Assembly: GCA_022824865.1 (NCBI GenBank)
Contig: JAJDZD010000039.1
Coordinates: forward strand, 55,106-119,105
Length of the DNA: 64,000 bases
Direction of reading: 5' to 3'
Source of the DNA: Chloroflexota bacterium
Lineage (GTDB): Bacteria > Chloroflexota > UBA11872
Positions 40,276-50,611 of this stretch are shown one piece after another (position 1 is the first letter of the stretch; each line of letters starts with the position of its first letter). The notes beneath the pieces are model-generated. The model saw only the letters and a list, made by a program, of their open reading frames with translations, was not told the origin of the DNA and did not search any database. A program made the translations under genes and the position numbers.

Positions 40276-41598
40276 CTAATAACGGGCCGCTCCCGCGGCC
40301 AACGGCGTCGGCGTCTTTTGCGACGCTTCCTCGTACAGTTCCATCAGGGCGGCGGCGAGCGTCACTGAGTCGTGGTGTCGTGGGTCGTTATGGTCCACCA
40401 CGTCGGCCATCACGGCCTGCACGCCCGTATCCAGTAGCTCGACCTGAACCGCCGGGTCGCATTCGACAATCCGCGACCCGCTGCCCGGCTGGACGCCCAG
40501 ATTGGTGAAGTTATTGACCAGCGTGTACTGAAAGAGACCGGGCCCGACGTTTGAGGTAAGCGACGTCACGTGGTCGGCCAGGCTGTAGCCGTCGGTTTCG
40601 CCCGGTTCGGTGGCGACGTTGCAAACGTAAACTTTCACCGCGTTGGAGGCGCGCACCGCGGCCGCGATGTCGCCGACGAGCAAATTCGGCAGCACGCTGG
40701 TGTGCACACTTCCCGGCCCCAGCACGATCATGTCGGCAGCCAGCAGTTCCTTGACGGCCTCATCGTTGGCGGCAACGTAGCGCGGTTCGATCAGCACCCG
40801 GGCGATGGGCTTTCCGGCGGAGCGGATGCGCGATTCGCCGCGCACGATGGAGCCGTCGTCCATCTGGGCCGCCAGCCGCACGTCGGTCAGGGTGGAGGGC
40901 AGGATGCGGCCCCGCACTCGCAGAACTTCACTCAGGTCGTTAACCCCACGCTCGAAGTTGCCCTGGTTCAGATCAGCCATGGCGGCAATCAGCAGGTTGC
41001 CCAGGCTGTGGCCCTGCAACCCCTGACCGCGGCTGAAGCGGTATTCCATGACGTCCTGCATCAATGACTCGGAATCGGCCAGCGCGGCCAGGCACTGGCG
41101 GATGTCGCCGGGGGGCATCAGGCCCAACTCCTCGCGCAGACGGCCGGAACTGCCCCCGTCGTCGGCCACGGTTACGACAGCGGTGATGTTGTTGGTGAAC
41201 GCCTTCAGGCCGCGCAGCAGCACGCCCAGACCGGTTCCGCCGCCGATGGCCACAACGCGCGGCCCGCGTTGCAGGCGCCTGTTCTGATAGAGAATCTCGG
41301 CGAGGTCGTCCTTTGGATCCACCACCACCGAAAGCACGCTGCGGCCGAGCAGGAACGCACCCGAGGCCGCGATGATCAGGCCCAGCGCACCTACAGTCAG
41401 CTCACGAACGGGGTGGGCCAGGAACTGTAGGGTGAGGTAATAGACAACGGTCCCCGCCGGTCCCGGAATATCGATCGTGCGATAGACGAAGGCCAGGAAC
41501 ATGGCCATGGCCAGCGCCAGGACAACCGTGCCCAGGAAAATGAGCAACAGATAGCGCTTGACGCCGATACCAAGCGTCAGCCAACGACGAGAGCGCAT
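40276..41598 (-). CDS. YvcK/CofD-family (gluconeogenesis factor-like) protein with N-terminal membrane anchor
   Basis: VVAIGGGTGLGVLLRGLK...VVTVADDGGSSGRLR...GDIRQCL is the YvcK core. It is preceded by about 100 hydrophobic residues. Confidence 0.85.
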   Translation of the reverse strand: MRSRRWLTLGIGVKRYLLLIFLGTVVLALAMAMFLAFVYRTIDIPGPAGTVVYYLTLQFLAHPVRELTVGALGLIIAASGAFLLGRSVLSVVVDPKDDLAEILYQNRRLQRGPRVVAIGGGTGLGVLLRGLKAFTNNITAVVTVADDGGSSGRLREELGLMPPGDIRQCLAALADSESLMQDVMEYRFSRGQGLQGHSLGNLLIAAMADLNQGNFERGVNDLSEVLRVRGRILPSTLTDVRLAAQMDDGSIVRGESRIRSAGKPIARVLIEPRYVAANDEAVKELLAADMIVLGPGSVHTSVLPNLLVGDIAAAVRASNAVKVYVCNVATEPGETDGYSLADHVTSLTSNVGPGLFQYTLVNNFTNLGVQPGSGSRIVECDPAVQVELLDTGVQAVMADVVDHNDPRHHDSVTLAAALMELYEEASQKTPTPLAAGAARY

Positions 41599-41743
41599 CT
41601 ATAGGCCTCGACGGCCGGTATCCGTGCCAAGATTGGCCCACGCCCTACGCGGACACCGGGACGAACCAAGCACGTGAGCGAAGCCGTGTGGCATTGGCCC
41701 AAAGTATATCGCCGTGGCGTATTGCGCGTGCGAAGAGCGCTTG

Positions 41744-42562
41744 ATGTCTGAAGATCCGCGCATCCGGCTCATTGCCATGGACCTGGACGGCACGCTGGTC
41801 AAGGGCGAGCAGGGCATTACGCCGCGCGTTCGCCGGGCGCTCGATGATGTACGCGCCGCAGGGATCGAGATCACCATCGCCACCGGGCGGATGTTTCGCT
41901 CGGCGCGACGCTTTGCCGCCGACCTGCAGGTCACGTTGCCGATCATTTGCTACCAGGGATCCTTGGTGCGGGATCCGGTAACGGGCGCGACGCACCAGCA
42001 CGACGTGCTGCCGTCAGGACCGGCCCAGGCGGCCGTCGAATTTGCCCGCGAGCGCGGGCTGCACGTCAATGCCTACATCGACGACGACTTGTACATGGAA
42101 GCCGATACGCCGGAGGGCCGCTTCTACGCCGCCAGTTCCAACGTTCCCATCACCTTCGTCGATGATCTGGCCATGGCCGTCACCGCCGGCAGCACCAAGC
42201 TGGTGTTTGTGATGGATGAAGACCGTGTGCTTGACGCCATAGCGGCGATGGATGGCCGCTTTGGCCCGGCGGTGCAGGCGACCCGCTCGCATCCGCGCTT
42301 TGCCGAGATCGTGCGGCGCGACGTGAACAAAGGCCGCGCACTGGCGCGCGTGGCCGCGGTCGCGAACGTTCCCATTCAGCGGACCATGGGGATCGGCGAC
42401 AACCTGAACGACCTGGACCTGGTCCGAGCCGCAGGCATTGGCGTGGCCATGGGCGACGGCGATCCGCGCGTGCTCGCCGCCGCCGACTGGATTACCGGCA
42501 GTTACGAGGACGACGGCGTGGCCCAGGCGATCGAGCGGCTGCTGAACGGAGCGGCCAACTAA
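41744..42562 (+). CDS. Cof-type HAD-IIB hydrolase
   Basis: MDLDGTL (DxDxT) and GDNLNDLD motifs. I chose the internal ATG 41744. Confidence 0.85.
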   Translation: MSEDPRIRLIAMDLDGTLVKGEQGITPRVRRALDDVRAAGIEITIATGRMFRSARRFAADLQVTLPIICYQGSLVRDPVTGATHQHDVLPSGPAQAAVEFARERGLHVNAYIDDDLYMEADTPEGRFYAASSNVPITFVDDLAMAVTAGSTKLVFVMDEDRVLDAIAAMDGRFGPAVQATRSHPRFAEIVRRDVNKGRALARVAAVANVPIQRTMGIGDNLNDLDLVRAAGIGVAMGDGDPRVLAAADWITGSYEDDGVAQAIERLLNGAAN

Positions 42563-42589
42563 GACGGGCGTCGGCGCGAGACTCTTACC

Positions 42590-44776
42590 TCACACGGAGG
42601 GCGTGAGCAGGGAGTCGGCTTCCTGTTCGGCGGTGTCCGAGGGCGGCACCAGCGGCAGGTCGATGACCATCTCGGTACCCTCGCCGTCCTCGACGTCGAC
42701 CCTGATGTGGCCGCCGTGCTGGCGCACGATGTCGCTGCACATGGCAAGGCCCAGCCCGGTGCCTTGGCCCGTGGGCTTGGTGGTGAAGAAGGGGTTGAAG
42801 ATCTTCTCCACGACCTCGGGTGGCATGCCGCCGCCGTTGTCTCGAATCCGGACTTCAATGTGGTCCTCATGCCGCCGTGAGGCCAGCCACACGATGGGCA
42901 TGAATGGTTCGTCCCCATCGTCCGCCTTGGACGCTTGGCGTCGCTCGTCGGTCGCGTAGCAGGAATTCGACACCATATTCAGGAAGACGCGACCCAGGTC
43001 CTGGGATACGACGTTGAGTTCCCCAACGGCGTCGTCAAAGTCCCGCTCAATACTGAGCTGGAAGTTCTGGTCCATACCTCGCGCGCTGTGGTAGGCCAGC
43101 CGCGCGTATTCGTCCACCAGTTGATTGATGTCGGTGGGCGATCGGTCCCCCGAGCCGCGACCCATGGACAGCATGTCCTGCACGATCCGGTTGGCGCGAT
43201 CCCCATGCGATCGAATGCGCGCCAGGTTGTCGGTCAGGTCTTGTGACACCTCTTCGATAATCTCGCGGTCAGCCTCTGGGAGACTGTCGCCGCTCTCCTC
43301 CAGAACCTCCTGGAACTCCTCCAGTAGCTCTTCCGAAGCCTCCGCGAAATTCTTGACGAAATTGAGCGGGTTGCGAATCTCGTGAGCCACGCCGGCGGTC
43401 AACTCACCCAGCGCCGCCAGTTTCTCGCGCATGACGATTTGGTCCTGCGCCTTCTGAAGGTCGCCCAGCACGCTCTCCAATTGCTCGTTCTTGTCCTGCA
43501 GTTCATCGGCCAGTTTTTCCACGAGGTTCAGCCGCTGGACCTCGAGCGCGTGACGACGGAAGACCTCCAGAGCCGCGGCCATATCCGCCACTTCGTCGCG
43601 CCCGCTCATCTCGACGCGAGTCTCGAGATCGCCACCGGCCATGCGGAGCATCCAGTCGGACAGCATTTGCAGCCGGCGCAACAGGAAGCGGCCGACGAAG
43701 AGCCAGGCAATCAGCAGGGCGCCGCCGACGCTGACCGCTCCAATGGCCAGCAGCAGGAAGCGCCCGGTGGCGATCGTGTCGGTCGAACTCTGGGTTGCCT
43801 GGTCCGCGCTGGCGCGCGCCGCGCTCACCAAACCGTCAACCTCGACCAGCAGTTCAATGGCCTGGGCGCGGTTGCCAGCCAGCAGATCCTGTTGGCGCTC
43901 CAGCAGCGTGAGCTCCTGTTCAAGAACATCGAAGCCACTGGGATCGCCCGTGCCAACCTCGAACAGTCGATCGAACAGCGGGACCAGATCGGCGTGGAGC
44001 GGGGATCGGGCCAGCCCGTTGAGGTTTCGCTCGATGCGGCGACTGGAGGCCTCGAACCGCTCGCGCAACGGCTCGATCAGTGACGGGCTGGATAGGGTGA
44101 AGGCACTGGCCAGCAGCTGGGTCGCGATGTTGACGTCCGACTGCAACTCGGCCAAGCGTCGGTAGCGGTTGAGTTCGGGCTCGGAGAAGTACACTTGGCG
44201 AATCGGCGGCAGTTCGTCCAGCGTGCGATACCCCGTCATCGTGAAGAACAGTTGGTCATCAAGCGCGGGAACAATGACGCCCTCGAGGCTGCTCCGCAGA
44301 TCTTCAAGTTCAGTTCGCAGGGCCTGCCGCCGCGCGTTCAACTCGAAGAGATCGAACCGCTCGCGTTTGATGGTGTCGATGTTCGACAGCAGCGTGTCGG
44401 CAAAGCGTCGGAGGCGCTGCGTTCGCTCCTGGTCGCCGCTGCTGCGATTCAGGACGGTAAACAGCACCTCAAGATCCTGGCGCGAACTCTCGATGCTCTG
44501 GGCGACGTCATTCACCTCGGCGACGCTTGCGGCCGCCGCCAGCCGAGGCGCGGCCGCCACCAGCGTGCTGCTGTACTGGGCCACGCCGAAGGCGGCCGCC
44601 AGTTCCGGCACGCTGCCCTCATTGACCCGGCTTTGCGCCTCGCCGACCTGCGTAAACGAAGCCAAGCCAACGACGCTGGCGGCAATGGTCAGCGCAACGG
44701 CGCCGCCAATGCCCAGGTACAACTGCGTAGACAGGCGATAGCGCGCTTCCAGCAGGCGCTGCAGTCGGGCCATCAT
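42590..44776 (-). CDS. Sensor histidine kinase (two TM segments, large ectodomain, HAMP, HisKA-like, HATPase)
   Basis: 728 aa. H-box [14 protein letters not shown]-box GTGLGLA, and a HAMP-like segment after the second TM. Confidence 0.9.
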   Translation of the reverse strand: MMARLQRLLEARYRLSTQLYLGIGGAVALTIAASVVGLASFTQVGEAQSRVNEGSVPELAAAFGVAQYSSTLVAAAPRLAAAASVAEVNDVAQSIESSRQDLEVLFTVLNRSSGDQERTQRLRRFADTLLSNIDTIKRERFDLFELNARRQALRTELEDLRSSLEGVIVPALDDQLFFTMTGYRTLDELPPIRQVYFSEPELNRYRRLAELQSDVNIATQLLASAFTLSSPSLIEPLRERFEASSRRIERNLNGLARSPLHADLVPLFDRLFEVGTGDPSGFDVLEQELTLLERQQDLLAGNRAQAIELLVEVDGLVSAARASADQATQSSTDTIATGRFLLLAIGAVSVGGALLIAWLFVGRFLLRRLQMLSDWMLRMAGGDLETRVEMSGRDEVADMAAALEVFRRHALEVQRLNLVEKLADELQDKNEQLESVLGDLQKAQDQIVMREKLAALGELTAGVAHEIRNPLNFVKNFAEASEELLEEFQEVLEESGDSLPEADREIIEEVSQDLTDNLARIRSHGDRANRIVQDMLSMGRGSGDRSPTDINQLVDEYARLAYHSARGMDQNFQLSIERDFDDAVGELNVVSQDLGRVFLNMVSNSCYATDERRQASKADDGDEPFMPIVWLASRRHEDHIEVRIRDNGGGMPPEVVEKIFNPFFTTKPTGQGTGLGLAMCSDIVRQHGGHIRVDVEDGEGTEMVIDLPLVPPSDTAEQEADSLLTPSV

Positions 44777-44778
44777 GC

Positions 44779-46062
44779 TTATGTACCCGACAAGCTGGTG
44801 ACGGAGCGGTAGCGACCGTCCGCGCCAATGACCGTGAGGAACACCGCGTCGGATCCCTGGTTGTCGGCGTTGGCGAATCGCAGCTTGAAGCCATTGATCT
44901 CCTCGGCGCTGCGCAGGCTGTTGAGAAAGCAGTCACGGCTCAGTTCGGGTCCGCACCGCTCCAGGCCCAGGATGGTCAGACGGCCGGCCAGATAGCCCTC
45001 GAAGGAGACAAAGCCCGGAACAGCGTCCGGATCGAACGCGGCCAGCGCGCGATGGTAGGCCTGCACCACGGGCAGCGACGTATCCGTGGGGAAGGGCACA
45101 ACCTGGGTGACGAACACGCCAGCCCCTTCCGGCCCCAGTTCCTGGGCCAGGGCGTTGCTTCCGACAAAGGAGATAGTCATGAACACGGGAATAAATCCCA
45201 GGTGCCGCGACCACGCAACCAGGGCGGCCACCGGTTCATAAGCACCGACCATGATCACGGCCTCCGGCTGACCTTCGCGCAGGTCCAGCAGCGCGGTTTT
45301 CACGGCGGTGGTGTTGCGCGGATACACGCCAACCGCGGCCAGCGTCATGCCCCGGCGCTCCAGGGCGGCCTGCACGCCGTTGTAGCCGGCCCGCCCGTAG
45401 GAATCGTCCTGGTACAGCAAGGCAATCCGCGTGATTCCCAGGTCGCTGGTCAGGCGATCCACCATCTCCTCGGTTTCCTGGTTATAGGAAGCCCGCAGAT
45501 TGATCACCACGTTGTGCAGATCCTCGCCTCGCAGGAACCCCGCGCCGGTGAATGGCGCCAGATACGGCGTATTGGCCTCAACGGCAACGGGCACGGCGGA
45601 GCGCGAGGTGGGCGTGCCCACGGCGCCGATCAGCGCAAAGACGTTCTCTTGCTCGATGAGTTGCTTGGTATTGGTAACCGCGGCCTCGGGTTCGTACGCA
45701 TCGTCAAGCGTTGTGAGTTCCAGGCGACGTCCGTGGACGCCCCCCATCTCGTTCGCCTCCTGAAATGCGGCCTGGATGCCGAGCCGCATGTTCAGGCCCA
45801 ATTCGCTGGCCGGTCCGCTGAACGCGGCCGACTGGCCAAACAGCACGCGCTCGGCGGATACGCCAGGCGCTCCGGCGGGCGCCTGGGGGCTCAAGACGGC
45901 GGCGGGTTCCGCCGTTGCCGCGGTTGCGGTCGATTGGCCGCCAGGGGCCGCAGTCGAACCGCCGGACATAAGGACGGCCCACAGTCCAATGCCGAGGACA
46001 ACCAGCCCCCCGAGCCCAAGCGCAACCAGCCACGCTTTGGGCGTAGCGGCGATCTGTTTCAT
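44779..46062 (-). CDS. Type-1 periplasmic solute-binding protein (LivJ/Peripla_BP_6-like)
   Basis: 427 aa. N-terminal TM/signal anchor followed by a Leu/Ile/Val-binding-protein-like fold. No ABC permease or ATPase genes are adjacent. Confidence 0.8.
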   Translation of the reverse strand: MKQIAATPKAWLVALGLGGLVVLGIGLWAVLMSGGSTAAPGGQSTATAATAEPAAVLSPQAPAGAPGVSAERVLFGQSAAFSGPASELGLNMRLGIQAAFQEANEMGGVHGRRLELTTLDDAYEPEAAVTNTKQLIEQENVFALIGAVGTPTSRSAVPVAVEANTPYLAPFTGAGFLRGEDLHNVVINLRASYNQETEEMVDRLTSDLGITRIALLYQDDSYGRAGYNGVQAALERRGMTLAAVGVYPRNTTAVKTALLDLREGQPEAVIMVGAYEPVAALVAWSRHLGFIPVFMTISFVGSNALAQELGPEGAGVFVTQVVPFPTDTSLPVVQAYHRALAAFDPDAVPGFVSFEGYLAGRLTILGLERCGPELSRDCFLNSLRSAEEINGFKLRFANADNQGSDAVFLTVIGADGRYRSVTSLSGT

Positions 46063-46481
46063 TCCGCTCGGTAGGCGACGAGCGTCAGGTGGTTGCGGCC
46101 TTCTTCCCGCCGATAGGTCAGTTCGTCCATCAACTTACGCACCAGGAACACCCCCAGCCCCCCAATCGGTCGCTCCTCCATCGGCGCGTTCACATCGGGG
46201 ATGGGAGCGTCGGTCAGCGGGTCGAACGGCTTGCCATCGTCCACCATATCGATCGTCAACGCATCCTCGGTCGAGCGAAAGGTGAACGAGATTTCGTGCA
46301 GTCCGCCGTCGTGGCCGTGGTTGATGGTGTTGATCGCCAACTCTTCCAGCACCAGGTTGACCTTCCCCACCAGGCCTGGCGACCAGTGGGCCTCCTCACC
46401 CAGGTTCTCCACCGCCTCGGTCAGCCGGTTCAACTCCTCCAGCTTGGTTTCAATTGTCAGGGTGCGCGTGACGCTCATCAC
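46059..46481 (-). CDS. RsbW/SpoIIAB-like anti-sigma-type Ser/Thr kinase (HATPase_c)
   Basis: 140 aa. LVLEELAINTINHG (N-box) and IGGLGVFLVRKLMDE (G-box). ATGA overlaps on both sides. Confidence 0.8.
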   Translation of the reverse strand: MMSVTRTLTIETKLEELNRLTEAVENLGEEAHWSPGLVGKVNLVLEELAINTINHGHDGGLHEISFTFRSTEDALTIDMVDDGKPFDPLTDAPIPDVNAPMEERPIGGLGVFLVRKLMDELTYRREEGRNHLTLVAYRAE

Positions 46482-47647
46482 CCACCCCCCGTGCGGCGAA
46501 AGGTCAGGCAGGTAATGTCGTCCGAGGCTGGGTTGTCTCCCACGAACTCGCTTACAGCGTCAAACACCACCTCGTTGGCTGCCTCGGCATCGCCCCCCGG
46601 GTCCGCCGCCACCGCCGCGCGCAGCCGCTCCAGCCCGAACTGCTCTTCGGTGCTGTCCATGGCTTCGCTGACGCCATCGGTGTACAGCACGATGGTGTCG
46701 CCCGCTTCAAGAAATACGCTGTTCTGCCGATAATCCAGGTCGGGCAACAGGCCCAGCGCAATACCACCCGTCAGCGGAAGGTTCGTTGAGCTCCCGTCGG
46801 GTTTCACCAAGAGCGGCGGATCGTGCCCGCCGCTGGCGTAGACAAACTCACCGGTGTCCGGGTTGTACTCCGCGTAGAGCACAGTCACAAACATCTCGGT
46901 CTCGTTGTCTTCGTAAAGCAGGTTATTGACCTCGCGCAGCACGTCGCCTGGTCCACCTGAGCCAATCGCGGCACCCTTGATCAAGGTGCGCGTCGACATC
47001 ATGAACAGGGCGGCGGGCACGCCCTTGTCGGATACATCGGCAACGGTCATTCCGATGCGCTCGTTCTCCAGCGACACGACGTCAAAAAAGTCGCCGCCAA
47101 CGCTGCGCGCCGGTTCCATGTTGGCGAAGATCTGATAATGGGCGCTCTCGGGAAAGTGCGTGGGGAGGATCGACTGCTGCATCTTGCTGGCGACGCTCAA
47201 CTCGTTCTGCAGGGCTACCAGTTGATCGCGCGAGGCCAGGGCCTCCCGCCACTCCATCAGGTGTTGCAGCGTGCGGTCGATCGTCACCCGCAGGTCCCTG
47301 AAGTCAATGGGCTTGGTGACGAAATCGAACGCCCCGCGGTTCATCGCGGTGCGGATGTTCTCCATGTCGCCGTAGGCGGAAACGATGATAGATCGAATGT
47401 TGGGGTCGACTTTGGGGATCTGCTGCAGCAGCGTCAGCCCGTCCATCTCCGGCATGTTGATGTCCGAGACGACCATGTCGATGTCGTCTTCGGCATGCAG
47501 CCGATCCAGGGCCTGGACCCCGTTGCGGGCAAAGACGAACGTGTACTGACCGCGCCGGATATTGCGCCGCATGCGCTGCAGCATCAGCGGCTCCAGGTCC
47601 GGCTCGTCGTCAACGACCAGGATCTTGTAGGGGGGCTTGACTACCAC
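46478..47647 (-). CDS. Response regulator receiver fused to PP2C (SpoIIE/RsbU-type) phosphatase
   Basis: Receiver domain ([19 protein letters not shown]). PPM domain (GGDFFD, ADVSDKG, LYTDGVSE). Confidence 0.9.
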   Translation of the reverse strand: MVVKPPYKILVVDDEPDLEPLMLQRMRRNIRRGQYTFVFARNGVQALDRLHAEDDIDMVVSDINMPEMDGLTLLQQIPKVDPNIRSIIVSAYGDMENIRTAMNRGAFDFVTKPIDFRDLRVTIDRTLQHLMEWREALASRDQLVALQNELSVASKMQQSILPTHFPESAHYQIFANMEPARSVGGDFFDVVSLENERIGMTVADVSDKGVPAALFMMSTRTLIKGAAIGSGGPGDVLREVNNLLYEDNETEMFVTVLYAEYNPDTGEFVYASGGHDPPLLVKPDGSSTNLPLTGGIALGLLPDLDYRQNSVFLEAGDTIVLYTDGVSEAMDSTEEQFGLERLRAAVAADPGGDAEAANEVVFDAVSEFVGDNPASDDITCLTFRRTGGG

Positions 47648-47656
47648 GATTTCACC

Positions 47657-48607
47657 CTATCGTTTCCCAGCAGGCGCATCGGCTTCCACTGGGGCAAGCG
47701 GCGTCTTGATTGTGCAGGCGGCCAGCGCCTCGGCTTGGGTCGCACACACCGGAATGATCTGATCGAAGCCGCTGACGTTAAAGACCCGGTGGACTTCATC
47801 GGTGACCGAGCAAATGCCAAGCTCGGCGCCTTGCTGGCGCAGCGATTTGGCCAGACCAAGCACGACTCGCAGCCCCGCACTACTGATGTAGTCGAGCTGG
47901 CGACAATCCAGAATCATCGCCGTCTCGCAGGCTTTTCTCACGACCGTTAGGGCTGTCTCGAACCGCCGGATGGTCGTGGCGTCGACGCGCCCTTCCGCCG
48001 CGACCACCACCACCCCGTCGGGTGTTGCACTCAGCACGGCAAGCTTGACTTGACCGCCGGAAGACGGCATGTGTCCCTCCACGTCATCGGCGTACAGGCC
48101 GTCGGGCTCCATGTGGATCAAGACCGGTGACCCGACCAACGAGTCGGCCACCGTGGCAGGGGCGGACCCTGGCACCCCCTCCTCGGATTCATCGCCTAGC
48201 GCCTTACGGCGCATGAGCGCCCGGTGTTCGAGGGCGCGCTCAATCGTGGCGCGCAAATCCTTGAAGTCAATGGGCTTGGTGACAAAGTCAAACGCCCCTC
48301 GGTTCATGGCCGACCTGATGTTGTCGATGTCTCCATAGGCCGTGACGACTACCGAGCGTACGTCCGGGTCCACGTCCGGAATCTGCTGCAGCAGGGTGAG
48401 CCCGTCCATCTCCGGCATATTGATGTCCGAGAGGACAATGTCGATGTCGTTCTCGCGCAGCCGCTCCAGTGCCTCCACGCCGTTGCGGGCGAAGACAAAC
48501 TCAAATTGACCCTTCCGGATGCTGCGGCGCATCCGCTGCCGCATCAGGACTTCCAGGTCGGCCTCGTCGTCAACGACCAGGATCTTGGCAGGGGCGCCTG
48601 ATTCCAT
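47657..48607 (-). CDS. Response regulator receiver fused to STAS (anti-sigma antagonist) domain
   Basis: The receiver is nearly identical in pattern to that of the PP2C gene. The C-terminal STAS carries [10 protein letters not shown] and [10 protein letters not shown] chose ATG 48607 ([15 protein letters not shown]). Confidence 0.8.
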   Translation of the reverse strand: MESGAPAKILVVDDEADLEVLMRQRMRRSIRKGQFEFVFARNGVEALERLRENDIDIVLSDINMPEMDGLTLLQQIPDVDPDVRSVVVTAYGDIDNIRSAMNRGAFDFVTKPIDFKDLRATIERALEHRALMRRKALGDESEEGVPGSAPATVADSLVGSPVLIHMEPDGLYADDVEGHMPSSGGQVKLAVLSATPDGVVVVAAEGRVDATTIRRFETALTVVRKACETAMILDCRQLDYISSAGLRVVLGLAKSLRQQGAELGICSVTDEVHRVFNVSGFDQIIPVCATQAEALAACTIKTPLAPVEADAPAGKR

Positions 48608-48674
48608 GGTCACGCCCGTAGGCTCGCAGGGAGGTCGCCCGCGGCGGGCGCCGTTGCACGTGCCTCGGTGGCTG

Positions 48675-49019
48675 CTAGCGCGAACATGCGGCCAGAGCCT
48701 CGGTCTGGGAGTCATGTACGGGAATGATCTGATCGAAGCCGCTCACCTCAAAGACCTTGCGGAGGGAGTCCGGCACGGTGCAGACCGCGAGCGTGCCGCC
48801 TTTCCGCGCCTGGGCCTTGGTAAGCCCCAACAGCACGCGCAGCGCCGCACTGCTGATGTACGTCAGATTCTCGAGGTCCAGGACCATCCCTCGCGTGCCG
48901 GCGTCGGCCACGGCATCCAGCACCCGCTCGAATCGCTGGGCGTTGGAACTATCGACTCGGCCCTCGATCGCGACGACCATCACCCCGTTCCCCGTAACGT
49001 TCACCACACTCAGCTTCAC
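48675..49019 (-). CDS. STAS-domain anti-sigma-factor antagonist
   Basis: 114 aa. [10 protein letters not shown] (phosphorylatable Ser context) and VSGFDQIIP. Confidence 0.85.
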   Translation of the reverse strand: MKLSVVNVTGNGVMVVAIEGRVDSSNAQRFERVLDAVADAGTRGMVLDLENLTYISSAALRVLLGLTKAQARKGGTLAVCTVPDSLRKVFEVSGFDQIIPVHDSQTEALAACSR

Positions 49020-49133
49020 TTGGTCTCAGGCTTCCTGCTGACCCGCCACAGGACATTCCGCGTTGCTGTCGGCGTGCTCCCCGTTCGGCCCCTCGCGGAT
49101 CGGCCCCGTCGCCGTCCGCCACGCACCCCGGGC

Positions 49134-49478
49134 TCAGCTCTTGTTGGCGGCGAGCGCTTCGGCCTGGGTGGCGTGAATGGGGATGATTTGGTCGAAGCCG
49201 CTAACGCTGAAGATTTCGCGGATCGGATCCGAAAGCGAGCAGATGGACAGTGTGGCGTCCTTGCGCTGCAGCGACTTCGCCGCCAGCAGAATCACGCGCA
49301 GCCCCGCACTGCTGATATACGTCAGCCGCTCCATGTCCAGAATCACCGCCTGGTCGCTGGCCTCAATCACGGCCTCCAGGGCACTCTGGAAGTCGCGGGC
49401 GTTGGTACCGTCCACTCGGCCATCTGCCGTCACCACGATGGCGTTGTCGTTCCACGCCCACTCGGTGCTAACGCTCAT
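49134..49478 (-). CDS. STAS-domain anti-sigma-factor antagonist
   Basis: 114 aa. [10 protein letters not shown] and [15 protein letters not shown] lies 8 nt upstream of the ATG. Confidence 0.85.
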   Translation of the reverse strand: MSVSTEWAWNDNAIVVTADGRVDGTNARDFQSALEAVIEASDQAVILDMERLTYISSAGLRVILLAAKSLQRKDATLSICSLSDPIREIFSVSGFDQIIPIHATQAEALAANKS

Positions 49479-49987
49479 GGGGTTCGTCTCCTTGCCTGCT
49501 CCAGCAGTCTCCTACGCGTAGGGGCCGAGTTCATTGTCTGGTGAGACAGCGCTTCGCCGGCCCATGCCACGCAGAGTTCGAGGCCACTACTGCCCACTGG
49601 CCCACTAACGACCGCAACGCCCACGACATCATCGCCCGAGACTTGGATCTCAGTATTCGATATCGGCATCGTAGGCAGAACGGTTTGGCCTTGTGCGGAC
49701 GGCAGCACCGCCAACATTCGAATAGGTTCGCGTAGCCTAGCAGATACCTGTGTCCCCGGGGTGCACAGCAACGACGGTGCCGCGTCGTCCTGACGACGTT
49801 CCCGGGTGGTCGGCTTCCATTCAACGGTCGGGGCCCGGCGCGAAATATCATCTGGCATGGCAGCACCGCTGCCGCCCGGCCGGTGCGCGACCGGCGACTG
49901 ACCATTCGACGTGCTGAGGAGTTCACTGCCCCACCCTCATGGCTGGACAGTTCAACCCGCCTGACGCCGTGCCCCCGGAGTGACGGG

Positions 49988-50611
49988 ATGGCATCCACAA
50001 CAGCGGTAACTCGCTGCGCCAGGCTGTTAGCGGACGGTGGGGTTGCTGCGATTCCCACGGACACCCTCTATGGATTGGCAGCCAGTATCCGCGCCCCCCA
50101 GGCCATGGCGCGTGTCCTTCGCATAAAGACCCGAAGCCCCGGCGGCGGCATCCCGGTGCTTGTCGAGAGCGCGGCTCAGGCGGGCGAGATCGCCCACATG
50201 TCGCCCGACGCCCGTCGCTTGGCCCAAGCCTTCTGGCCTGGTGCCGTCACGCTAGTGCTGCCCGCCCGCCCGGGCGTCGACCGGCGGCTACTCGGCCCTA
50301 ACGAAACGGTCGGCGTCCGCGTTCCCGCTTCCGGCGTCGTACGCGAACTGATACGCCTCGTCGGTTCCCCACTTACGGGCACCAGCGCCAATCGGCACAA
50401 CGAGCCGCCGCCCATGACCGCCCAGGCGGCCGCCGACGCGGTGGGAACTCAGGTGGACTTGGTATTGGATGGTGGCCCGGGGGCCGGCGCGCCCTCAACC
50501 GTGATCGACCTGGCGCAAGATCCCCCGCTGATCCTGCGCGCCGGCGCCGTGGACGCGCCAGCCATTCAGGCCGTAGTCCCCGCCGTCCGCCCGCCCACGC
50601 CTCCCGACTGA
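49988..50611 (+). CDS. tsaC: L-threonylcarbamoyladenylate synthase (TsaC/YwlC, Sua5/YrdC domain)
   Basis: AIPTDTLYGLAA, FWPGAVTLVL and GTSANRHN motifs. Internal ATG 49988 of track ORF 49883..50611. Confidence 0.85.
   Translation: MASTTAVTRCARLLADGGVAAIPTDTLYGLAASIRAPQAMARVLRIKTRSPGGGIPVLVESAAQAGEIAHMSPDARRLAQAFWPGAVTLVLPARPGVDRRLLGPNETVGVRVPASGVVRELIRLVGSPLTGTSANRHNEPPPMTAQAAADAVGTQVDLVLDGGPGAGAPSTVIDLAQDPPLILRAGAVDAPAIQAVVPAVRPPTPPD

Noticed and set aside
45052-46074. 340-aa plus-strand ORF
   Set aside because: Antisense to the solute-binding protein gene.
49475-49858. 127-aa minus-strand ORF ending in an ATGA overlap with the first STAS gene
   Set aside because: The apparent coupling is explained by the STAS ribosome-binding site (AGGAGA) lying inside it. 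It has no SD of its own, weak third-position bias and no domain pattern.
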